Positions 1-8,339 of a DNA stretch of 22,676 nt are shown here, piece after piece (position 1 is the first letter of the stretch; each line of letters opens with the position of its first letter). This DNA comes from an archaeon (GTDB lineage Archaea; SpSt-1190; DYHY01). The DNA is taken from the NCBI GenBank assembly GCA_037442745.1, contig JBBIPP010000012.1, positions 36,702 to 59,377 on the forward strand. The letters are read 5' to 3'. The notes under the pieces were generated by a model. That model was not told the DNA's origin. It saw only the letters and a program-made list of their open reading frames with translations, and ran no database searches. Made by a program: the position numbers and the translations under genes.

Positions 1-342
1 TTGCGGCAGCAACAAAAAAGCCAATTGGCGAGACTGCGCGGTAGCTAGAAATAATAAGCGGAATGCTTGATAACGCTTGTTATAAGGCAGACAAGGCTCA
101 GAAATACTGACTTGAGCCGAACTGTTTAGCAATTCACAAGAGTATGCAAGGTCCGTTCTAAAGGCTACAGTTCCTAAACTGCTCAGAATTCCTTATAAAC
201 TTTTACTAATATTTGCCACACAACTGGCGTATCAGGTTATTGTCAAAATAGTACCTAAAAAGGTCCATAGTCAGACAATTTATCACTAATAAATGATAAA
301 TATACAAGCCGAGATTGCTTATTAGTAACAAGGAGAATTAAC

Positions 343-930
343 ATAGCGAAAAAACATATCTGCATTGAAAATGCCGAACTCGCATCAGGCAAGGTTCCTG
401 TCAAATATATTCTTGAGAAAGATAGTTGTGCTTTTTCAAAGGAAAGCGTTCTAGGAGCAACAGTTCAATTGAATGGAAAGCCTGTTCCTGTTGAAGTGAA
501 GAAAGTAGGGTTGTTTAACTATGATGAGATTTTTGCGAAAATAGGAGGTTCTATAGTTTCTGTCGGATACCAGACAGTGAATTTTGGTAATAATCCGCAA
601 AAAGTCCTAGGAGTTCGGACAAAAGACGGAACTTTCAAGTATTGGCCTGCCCTTGACCGGGAGCTTGGAATAACAAGGCCAGATAAATGGGCTTAACTCG
701 AGTCTGCCACAACGCCCGTCTTACCGGATGGCACGAATGGCGGGACAATTAACTATGGTGGCGTTGACATAGCGACCGGAAAACGCTACTCTCACGCCTA
801 GAATCCTGACAATTTGAAGAAGGCAAAGGGAATTGTGGCCAATGAGCAGAGGGTTGCTTATTTCAAAGAAGGTCAGGCAATTGAAGCAATTCCACCAACA
901 ATCTATTTCAGTTATGCACCCAATTGTTAA
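343..930 (+). pseudogene. Decayed hypothetical protein gene (~195 codons; includes ORF 469-696)
   Basis: AGGAG at 331-335, then ATA GCG AAA AAA at 343 in frame with ORF 469-696. The frame continues as plausible protein through in-frame TAA (694-696) and TAG (799-801) to TAA at 928-930. Confidence 0.5.
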
Positions 931-1026
931 GCAAAGAAATAACTGGAGTTTCAGCCGTTCCGATTCGTTTCAGATTTCGCCAATTTTCCGTTAGCTTCAG
1001 CAACAGCTTTGCCGGATTTCGCCAAT

Positions 1027-3126
1027 CTATTTACTCCTGCTTCGTTCAACCCTCTCTGCAAAGAACCGCGCCAGCCATTCCGCCCCTTCTGCCTTCACCC
1101 CGTCAATATGGGAGATGTTCGATGAGGCGCCGGTGACTGTTGTAACCAAGACATCATAGAGCCCAAAAGGAACATCGAAATAGTCCTGGTCAACATTGAC
1201 TGTCTGGATGTTCCTGTAGGGAATAACAATCTCACTCCAACCGAAAACGCCCTTCCTGACTGACAGGCAGGACGGATTCTCATCATACCGGTATTTCCTG
1301 TAATATTCCCTCTCATAGAGGAATTTCAGGAGAATTCCGAAAAGGATTGCCCCAAGAACCAGGAGGGACGGAACAATTGATTTCCAGTTCCCCGAAATAA
1401 TTCCCGAGAGAATTGCGTAGAAAACGAGAGCTTTTCCCAAAAAGACCGGGACAAAAAAGGCGGAAATTGTTTTCTTCACAGGTTTAATCTCCGCCAAGTC
1501 AACCCTTGAGCGCAGGGATTGCCTGCCGAACGAATTGCTTACCCCCATTCTCAATAGGACTTCCTTTCTGAATTTCAAGGCGTCGGCCAGATTCAAGGAA
1601 GGAATCCTTTCAAGAGCCCCTTCCATTGGCGTCGCACGCTCCCCGTGCTTGTCGGAATAGACTTCCTTTGAGCCGGTCTCCAAGGAAACCGAGACAATTC
1701 CGAAGAAGCTCTGGGCAGTCCCGCAGTTAATCCTTACATCCTGTATTTTCTCGTATTTTATTGTCTTTGATTGGCGGGTGATGAAATCCCTGCCAATCAC
1801 GACCCCTTCCCCTGTCATGTGATAGAAAAGGGCGTAGCTCTCAATCAGGGCTCCTATTGCGGAGAGAACCAAAAAGAGCGCAGTTACTCCGAGCCAGCCC
1901 GCGAAAATAACGGCAATTATCAAGCCCTCCTCCCCAATTCCTGGAATATTCCAGACAATTGCAGAGCCAATTCCCGCAACCAAAAGAAGCCAAAGCGAGA
2001 AATAGGCTGTTCCGATAAGGTTGTCTGCAAGAAACCTGTGCGCGAAAAGGCGCTTTTCTCCGGGGAGCGGTATTTTTTCCTCAGCAACTTTTACCGGAGA
2101 AATCCCTCTTCCCTTTGTTGACAAAAAGCGCCTTGTCTTTTCCTTGACAATTCGCTCGATTTCCAAAGCGTCCTCTCGCGATAGAAGCGCAAGCCTTGTA
2201 GAGAGCGCGGATTCGAATGACATTGATTTCACTGAAACTGTCGCCAGAGAGAGGAGGCGCTCAATAATCCCCTCTGTTTTCTCCACATCCTGAATGTTTC
2301 CGTAAAAGACAAAGCTCTCCTTTGGGGTTAACCACCCTGACCTGCTCTTTATTCCGTCAGCCATTACGGAATAGCTTATTGAATCAATCTCTAACTTGAC
2401 GAAGAACGCTGCGACAAGGAGGATTCCTAGGGCAATCGGGACAAGGATTGCCGGATACTTGAAAATAACTGAGACGTTCAAGACAAGATAGATTACAAGG
2501 ACAAGCCATTGGAGGGATGTTCCCAAGAGTTTCGCGGAATATGCCCTGCCCCCTGCCGGCTTGAAGACCTGTTCCGCAAGTTCCGGAAACTGCGCCTTTG
2601 CGACAGTCGTTTTTTCAGAGACAATGCTCCTTTTGAGAACTTTTCTCAAATTCTCCATTGCGCCGAGAGACAATCCGTCAATATGGGACAAATTGCCAGA
2701 AGTCTGGCTCGCTGAGGAGAAATGGAGGTCATATATCCCAAAAATCCTGTCAAGAATGTCCTGGTCCGAATAAATGTCGGATATTTTCTCAAGGGGAATT
2801 GAGGCCGAGTTCGGGAAGAAAACGCCCTTCTTCACTTTGAGCGATTTTCCCTCAATTGAATAATAGTACCTGTTGTAATATTCGTTCGACCAGTACCAGA
2901 GGAAGGTCAATCCGCCTATTCCGATTGCTGGCCCGAGAAGGCCAATTAAGAGGCCGAGAAAGCCGAGGCCAAATGACGCAAGGAAGGATCCTAAGCCAAT
3001 TCCCGTCCCCATCAGCCAGAGTGAAAGGAAGCCGACAATTGGGACTCTTTCCAGGAATTTTTTCCAGATTTTCTTCCGGTCAAGGGGAAATTCCCTCCGA
3101 AGATTCCTTTCAGCAAGAGATGCCAT
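1027..3126 (-). CDS. YdbT-like membrane protein with four bacterial PH (bPH_2) domains
   Basis: 699 aa. Four repeats of a TM hairpin followed by Y-x8-10-G...IPxxKIQDV...Q..xxRxFGxxxxxxxT (IPLEKISDIYSDQDILDRIFG, YGNIQDVEKTEGIIERLL, IKYEKIQDV, IPYRNIQTVNVDQ). Confidence 0.8.
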   Translation of the reverse strand: MASLAERNLRREFPLDRKKIWKKFLERVPIVGFLSLWLMGTGIGLGSFLASFGLGFLGLLIGLLGPAIGIGGLTFLWYWSNEYYNRYYYSIEGKSLKVKKGVFFPNSASIPLEKISDIYSDQDILDRIFGIYDLHFSSASQTSGNLSHIDGLSLGAMENLRKVLKRSIVSEKTTVAKAQFPELAEQVFKPAGGRAYSAKLLGTSLQWLVLVIYLVLNVSVIFKYPAILVPIALGILLVAAFFVKLEIDSISYSVMADGIKSRSGWLTPKESFVFYGNIQDVEKTEGIIERLLSLATVSVKSMSFESALSTRLALLSREDALEIERIVKEKTRRFLSTKGRGISPVKVAEEKIPLPGEKRLFAHRFLADNLIGTAYFSLWLLLVAGIGSAIVWNIPGIGEEGLIIAVIFAGWLGVTALFLVLSAIGALIESYALFYHMTGEGVVIGRDFITRQSKTIKYEKIQDVRINCGTAQSFFGIVSVSLETGSKEVYSDKHGERATPMEGALERIPSLNLADALKFRKEVLLRMGVSNSFGRQSLRSRVDLAEIKPVKKTISAFFVPVFLGKALVFYAILSGIISGNWKSIVPSLLVLGAILFGILLKFLYEREYYRKYRYDENPSCLSVRKGVFGWSEIVIPYRNIQTVNVDQDYFDVPFGLYDVLVTTVTGASSNISHIDGVKAEGAEWLARFFAERVERSRSK

Positions 3127-3127
3127 T

Positions 3128-3667
3128 TTACTCAGTCCTCCCCTTGTGCTTTTCAGAAAGAGCGAGTAGTGTTCCCTTGAGATTTTCAGCTTCCGCGAGC
3201 TGAATGAACGGAACTGCTGTCGATGTCGCGGGAGTGGAAATCAGGAGAGTTCCAGTCCCAGAAATTCTCTCGAAAAATCCTTGGTTGAGAGAGACGTCCT
3301 GGACATTCTCATAGGGAATTAGCGTATAGCCGGGGCCTATTGTCCCCTGTTTTGTGAAAATGAATTCCTTCTCAAGAGAGAACCTGAAATTCTTCCGAAA
3401 GTTAATTGCCTCAACAAGCCCGATTATTGCAAAAGTCAGAAAAACAAGGCCGACAATCAGCCCCCCTGTTGCAAAGGAACTTGTCATGTCTAGGCTTCCT
3501 CCTGAAAAGACAAAAGAGAGAAAAAGGACAATTCCAGCGAGAAACGCCCCTATCATTAGGACGAACATTACCCCGAAGAGGAGAACGCCTGTCCGAAGGA
3601 TGGTGATTATTCTTCCGGGGATTACGAGAGTGTTTGAAGCCTCTTTTTCGAGAATTGCCTGCCCCAT
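3128..3667 (-). CDS. YdbS-like membrane protein with a single bPH_2 domain
   Basis: 179 aa, two TM segments then LIPYENVQDVSLNQGFFERISGTGTLLIST. Abuts the downstream four-domain gene (1 nt gap), like the ydbST pair. Confidence 0.75.
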   Translation of the reverse strand: MGQAILEKEASNTLVIPGRIITILRTGVLLFGVMFVLMIGAFLAGIVLFLSFVFSGGSLDMTSSFATGGLIVGLVFLTFAIIGLVEAINFRKNFRFSLEKEFIFTKQGTIGPGYTLIPYENVQDVSLNQGFFERISGTGTLLISTPATSTAVPFIQLAEAENLKGTLLALSEKHKGRTE

Positions 3668-3849
3668 CAGGAAGGCAAAACCCTTTTCGCTTTTTAACCT
3701 TTTTTTACAAATTCACAAATTTTGAAAACTGCTCTTTCCGGAGACTGCGGGGAAACTAGTCTCTTTCCCCCCTCAAAAAAGATAAAAAGGCCGAATAGGG
3801 ATTGATTGTCGGGCAAACTTCAGAGGACCTCGAACGGTCTGACCAAAAA

Positions 3850-3869
3850 GGGGATTTTGGCAAATCCCC
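3850..3869 (-). terminator. Hairpin GGGGATTT-TGGC-AAATCCCC flanked by A runs (T runs on the minus strand)
   Basis: Perfect 8-bp stem; A5 before and A7 after on the + strand. Confidence 0.3.
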
Positions 3870-3963
3870 AAAAAAAGCCAGAAGTGACGGAAAGCCCAAA
3901 ATGCCAACATATTTTAAGCGAAATCAGGACGGCACCTAGTCAAAAACTCGCAATAATACAAGT

Positions 3964-3983
3964 GCCAGCGTGACAGAACGGCC
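3964..3983 (+). repeat. Exact 20-bp copy of the tRNA-Cys 5' end (att-like duplication)
   Basis: GCCAGCGTGACAGAACGGCC is identical to 4090-4109. Confidence 0.9.
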
Positions 3984-4089
3984 TCGCTTTGAACCCGTTT
4001 TTTCTTTTGAAAAAAAATCCGTTCACGGGAGTAAAAGAAAAGATAAAAAAGGCCGTGATGTCGGGATTGACAGTAAGAAGAAGGAAAAC

Positions 4090-4163
4090 GCCAGCGTGAC
4101 AGAACGGCCATGTACCCGACTGCAGATCGGAGAAACCCGGTTCAACTCCGGGCGCTGGCTCCA
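4090..4163 (+). tRNA. tRNA-Cys (GCA)
   Basis: Acceptor stem GCCAGCG/CGCTGGC, discriminator T (U73, a Cys identity element), encoded CCA, anticodon loop CT-GCA-GA, T arm CCCGG-TTCAACT-CCGGG; no intron. Confidence 0.95.
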
Positions 4164-4234
4164 CTATCATAATTAGGTTCTTTTGTCAGCGGGTTTAAAG
4201 GGAGACTTGTAGAAGTAAGGAGGTCCGATGACAA

Positions 4235-5515
4235 ATGTCGGACCAAGGAAAACCGGAAGAAAACAACACCCAAAAAGAAAAGAAACCGAAGAATGTGAAA
4301 GACGAAATATACCAGTATGACGGGAGGCTCGCAAACCTGCGTAAGGACATTGCGGAAAGCACCGTCATAAGCGAGCGAAACAGGCAAGTTCTGCACGAGT
4401 TTGACACATACCTTGGCTGTCAGGATATGATCAAGTCAAGGGTCATAAAACTGCTGTATGTTGTAAAAATCCTTGGAGGGTGGCTTGGGAATGATTTTGA
4501 GGCTGCCGAGCGGAAAGACATTGAAGTGCTGGTAAGCAAGGTTGAGCAACACCAGAAGTTCTCTCCGTGGACAAAGCAAGACTACAAGTTGATTTTGCGG
4601 AAATTCTATCAGTTGCTGCACGGGCTTGACTGGAAATCAAAGACCTTTCCACCCGAAGTAGCGTGGATAAGAATTGGCATAAAGTTGAGCAAGCGGAAAC
4701 TGCCCAGCAGCCTTCTGACGGAAGAAGAGGTGGCGAAGATGATTGACTTCGCTAACGGTCCGTTCCAGAGGGCGTTCATTGCCGTCCTCTACGAGACAGG
4801 AGCAAGGATTGGAGAAATCCTCTCAATGAACATCAAGGATGTTACCCAATCAGATTTCGGGGCTTTCCTTGACCTATTCGGGAAGACGGGCTCACGGAGG
4901 GTGCCTATTGTGGTCTCGGCTCCCTATCTCCTTGAGTGGATAAACAACCACCCGAAAAAGGCTGACCCAGAGGCTGCCTTGTGGTATTCCAAAAGCCGCT
5001 ACAATCGCTACAGATATGCGACAGCGGCGAAAATGCTTGAAACGGTAGGAAGGAGAGCGGGAATTGAGAAGCCTCTCAACCCCCACCATTTCAGACATTC
5101 AAGGGCGACGAGGCTCGCAAACAAACTCACCGAGCAGCAGTTGAAGTTCTACTTCGGGTGGGTGGGCTCGTCAAAAATGGCAGAGAGATACGTCCACCTG
5201 TGCTCAAAGGACATTGAAGCGTGCTATCTTGACGTCTATGGATTGAAGCCACCCGAAGACAAACCGAGCGAACAGTTGAAGACGAGGACTTGCGTAAAGT
5301 GCCACAGGGACAACAAGCCCACCGACATTTACTGCGGATTCTGCGGGTTCCCTCTCGACAAGGAGATGGCCGACAAGATTGTCCAAGTGCATGAGAAGCA
5401 GAAAGAGAAGAACCTGCTTCTTGACAAGATGCTGAAGAACCGGGACTTCAAGGAGATATTCGAAAAGAGCCTGAAAGCCATGTTCGAGGAGGAAGAAAAG
5501 AAGGAGACGAACTAA
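4235..5515 (+). CDS. Tyrosine recombinase/integrase with N-terminal SAM-like domain and C-terminal Zn ribbon
   Basis: Catalytic motifs LYETGARIGE (R), GKTG (K), HHFRHSRAT (HxxR), FGW...MAERYVHL (W, Y); CVKC...CGFC ribbon; AGGAGG upstream. Confidence 0.95.
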   Translation: MSDQGKPEENNTQKEKKPKNVKDEIYQYDGRLANLRKDIAESTVISERNRQVLHEFDTYLGCQDMIKSRVIKLLYVVKILGGWLGNDFEAAERKDIEVLVSKVEQHQKFSPWTKQDYKLILRKFYQLLHGLDWKSKTFPPEVAWIRIGIKLSKRKLPSSLLTEEEVAKMIDFANGPFQRAFIAVLYETGARIGEILSMNIKDVTQSDFGAFLDLFGKTGSRRVPIVVSAPYLLEWINNHPKKADPEAALWYSKSRYNRYRYATAAKMLETVGRRAGIEKPLNPHHFRHSRATRLANKLTEQQLKFYFGWVGSSKMAERYVHLCSKDIEACYLDVYGLKPPEDKPSEQLKTRTCVKCHRDNKPTDIYCGFCGFPLDKEMADKIVQVHEKQKEKNLLLDKMLKNRDFKEIFEKSLKAMFEEEEKKETN

Positions 5516-5518
5516 ATC

Positions 5519-5536
5519 GGGGACTGAAAGGTCCCC
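5519..5536 (+). terminator. GC hairpin immediately after the integrase stop
   Basis: GGGGAC-TGAAAG-GTCCCC; no clear U tract. Confidence 0.3.
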
Positions 5537-5540
5537 TCAA

Positions 5541-5720
5541 CATAAACAACTAAGACTTGTTAGTCTTGTAAGAGGTTTATGTTTCGTATGTCATATTGAA
5601 CTCGGGGCGCGCCCCCGCAAGCGGGGACCCCGCGGGACGGGACGAGAAGAAGCGGACCGGACCGATAAAACAGGAGAACTTCAGGAACCACGCGTTCCGT
5701 TCCGATGAGAATACCGGAAA
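5541..5720 (+). repeat. Left composite inverted repeat (putative recombination/binding site array)
   Basis: Blocks match the reverse complement of 15219-15373: 5569-5584 (15/16), 5617-5644 (25/28), 5652-5673 (19/22), 5698-5720 (20 matches with 2 single-base gaps). Confidence 0.85.
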
Positions 5721-5767
5721 GCTGCACCGCGACCCTAAAAAAGCCATTCAAACAATGATTCGACGTT

Positions 5768-6895
5768 ATGTGGGCTCTGACGCGCAAATTGGAAAGGTTT
5801 ATCAAAAGGGCGCGTGGGCAAAAGGCAATGGTCGCAAGAGAGTATGTGGAGGTTCTTCAAGGGCTTTGGCCAAAAAACAAAGCAAAGGGGTTGCTGGCGC
5901 AATCGAGACTCGAAGAAGGGATTGCTTCGAGGAGATTCGGGCGTGACGCCGGCGAGAAATTCATGCCGGGTTGCTGGCTGGTCTCCCCAAAAGAGCCCAA
6001 CTTTCATCAATTCAGATTCTGCTTCTTCGTTCATCCGACTCATCTGCGCCCCGGCGCCAACTTCGCCATCCGAGACCTCCTTGGAAACAAGTTCAGACCG
6101 TTCAATGCGCTCGCCGAGTTCATGAACAACGCGGCCATAAAGGTAGTGTATGCTGTGCCCTTCTGCGAGGAACTTCCTCTTCAACAACTGGCTCAGAAGA
6201 ACTATGGCGGGCTGGAATGGCGAATCTTCTTCTTTGAGAACGGGAACTTTGTCGAGACTACGCCCCGAGAACTATTTGACTCTTGGCCCGGAAACAGAGG
6301 GAGACCCGGACAAGGCAACCCGTGGGACGAAAGCACTATACGGGATTTCCAGACAGTTCCGGAAGAGCGCCTCGAATCTTTCGTTCTCAGCGAGGTTTTT
6401 TTCAGTGGGTTCTTGAAAGCCACACACAGAAAGCCAACCTCCGACCCCTATGATGTCGACTTCTTCTTGGTCAGCCTTTCACAAAAGCACCTATTCCCAA
6501 TCTAGGTAAAGGAGAAAAGCCCCTTTGGAGACGAAGATGAGCGATTTTTCGGGATAGATGCAGGAAGGATAATGATGCTATTGCGGGTATGCCTTCCTAA
6601 CGATGCGAATGCGGTTTATCTTATAAGAGAACTCAATGACAACGGGGATTTCGTTGACTGGAAATACATAACCCTCGGAGATTTGATAATGTCTGCCGGG
6701 TGGAACCTTCAAGCGGGTGGCCCTGGTATGGGAGGACAGGCCACACAAACTGTCAAGATTCCTTACGGAGAATTTCAGACTCTCGACGAGCGGGCCCTTT
6801 CGGAAGAGAATCTCAAAAGCATAGGAAACCTGCCTAAGGAAACCAAGGCAATTGCCCAGAGACTACGAGAAGGATTGGACGCGAGGTTCGGTTGA
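5768..6895 (+). pseudogene. PD-(D/E)xK type II restriction endonuclease interrupted by one in-frame TAG
   Basis: ORFs 5768-6505 and 6572-6895 are in the same frame. Read-through gives PYDVDFFLV...LFPI*VKEK, with TAG (6503-6505) at the E/Q-x-K catalytic position. Directly upstream of a C5 MTase. Confidence 0.75.
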
Positions 6896-6896
6896 T

Positions 6897-7892
6897 TTGA
6901 CAAATGAACCGAGATTCATCGACCTATTTGCGGGAATAGGCGGGATACGAATAGCGTTCGAACGTGCCGGGGGGCGGTGTGTCTTCTCGTCAGAATGGAA
7001 CAAAATGGCCCAGAAGACCTATTTCGAGAACTTTGGCGAAGTTCCTGCGGGGGACATCCACGAAATAAAGTCTTCGGAACTTCCTGAGTTCGACATCCTG
7101 TGCGGAGGGTTTCCGTGTCAACCTTTCTCCATAGCAGGAGTCTCGAAGAAGAAGAGCCTAAACAAGCCGCACGGCTTCGAGGACCAAGCACAAGGAACCT
7201 TATTTTTCGAGATAATCCGATTGTTGAAAGAACGAAAGCCCGCCGCCTTCTTTTTGGAGAATGTCAAGAACCTCGAACGGCACGATAAGGGAAAAACCTT
7301 CAAGGTTATTCGAGGCGCCCTTGAAGAACTCTGTTATTCATTCTACTACAAGGTAGTAGACGGCGCCCTTCTCGTCCCACAGCACCGGGAACGGGTATAC
7401 ATGGTCGGTTTCCGAGACAGGACCCTCGATTTCGTGTTTCCGGACATTCAAGACACCCATCCGAAATTCAAGGACATTCTTGAACATTCGATTCCTGAGA
7501 AATATACTTTGACCGACCATCTCTGGGAATATCTGCAAAACTACGCGAAGAAACACAAAGAAAAAGGCAATGGTTTCGGGTTCGGCCTTGCGAATTTAGA
7601 GGGAGTCACGAGGACCTTGTCGGCGAGATATTACAAAGACGGTAGCGAAATACTCATCCCCCAAATCGGGAAGAATCCTCGACGACTGACGCCTCGTGAA
7701 TGCGCTAGGTTGATGGGCTTCCCCGAGACTTTCAAGATAAAAGTATCCGATACCCAAGCATACAAGCAATTCGGCAACAGCGTCGTTGTGCCTGTTGTTG
7801 AAAAGATAGCAAAACAGGTTGTTTGGACCTTGAAGGAGAAACCAAAACGAAAAACGCCCTACTCAACTCAAAAGAGCCTTTCGAATTTGTGA
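6897..7892 (+). CDS. dcm: DNA (cytosine-5)-methyltransferase, Dcm/M.EcoRII/M.SsoII-like (CCWGG or CCNGG probable)
   Basis: Motifs [49 protein letters not shown]; [11 protein letters not shown]...[15 protein letters not shown] typical of the Dcm family. Start taken as TTG at 6897, just after the REase stop (ORF track begins at 6852). Confidence 0.93.
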   Translation: MTNEPRFIDLFAGIGGIRIAFERAGGRCVFSSEWNKMAQKTYFENFGEVPAGDIHEIKSSELPEFDILCGGFPCQPFSIAGVSKKKSLNKPHGFEDQAQGTLFFEIIRLLKERKPAAFFLENVKNLERHDKGKTFKVIRGALEELCYSFYYKVVDGALLVPQHRERVYMVGFRDRTLDFVFPDIQDTHPKFKDILEHSIPEKYTLTDHLWEYLQNYAKKHKEKGNGFGFGLANLEGVTRTLSARYYKDGSEILIPQIGKNPRRLTPRECARLMGFPETFKIKVSDTQAYKQFGNSVVVPVVEKIAKQVVWTLKEKPKRKTPYSTQKSLSNL

Positions 7893-8271
7893 GATATATT
7901 TTTGTGGCGTCTTTCTCAAAGAATGCTCCCTTATTCTGATGACCTTCCATCCTGAACGCCTAAGGAGGGATGTCTGCTTGCGGTCCCGCCTAACGTTTGA
8001 ATCTACCTTATTTTTCCAAAAATCTCGCCTCGTTTTCGGTAAAAGGAAGCATTTCAGACATTTGTGCCAGAAGCAACCGTCTACAAATACCGCCACCTTT
8101 TTTCGCGGGAAAACAATGTCCGGGCGCCATGTGATTCTTTTAGGGTGAGTTGAGAATTTTAGGCCGTTTTCCCTCAGAACTCACTCTTTGGAAGCGCCGT
8201 TCGAGTTCCGTCTAAGAGCGTATGTTGGACATTATCTCGCTGCGCTTCTTCTTGGATAATATGTCGACCAT
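7863..8271 (-). pseudogene. vsr: Very short patch repair endonuclease Vsr, with a nonsense codon and a frameshift
   Basis: ATG at 8271 gives MVDILSKKKRSEIMSNIRS* (TAG 8212-8214). After a frameshift near 8180 the sequence reads RPDIVFPRKKVAVFVDGCFWHKC...FWKNKVDSNVRRD...GWKVIRIREH. Confidence 0.9.
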
Positions 8272-8339
8272 GACCTTTATTCTAAATCGCTGGTTAAATT
8301 CCTTTTTCTAAGATTACCTCCACGCGCTTCAGGGTTTGA

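Noticed and set aside
1-200. Tail of a gene at the window start
   Set aside because: No long open frame; possibly decayed coding sequence, but too little to call.
973-1026. Direct repeat GATTTCGCCAAT at 973-984 and 1015-1026
   Set aside because: Only two 12-bp copies with no associated feature; the function cannot be supported.
3964-4003. Split or permuted tRNA half
   Set aside because: A complete tRNA-Cys follows, and no convincing complementary leader or bulge-helix-bulge partner is visible.
5560-5946. ORFs 5596-5946 (+) and 5560-5805 (-) over the left repeat
   Set aside because: They overlap the GC-rich site array and the REase gene and have no protein-like motifs; probable shadow ORFs.
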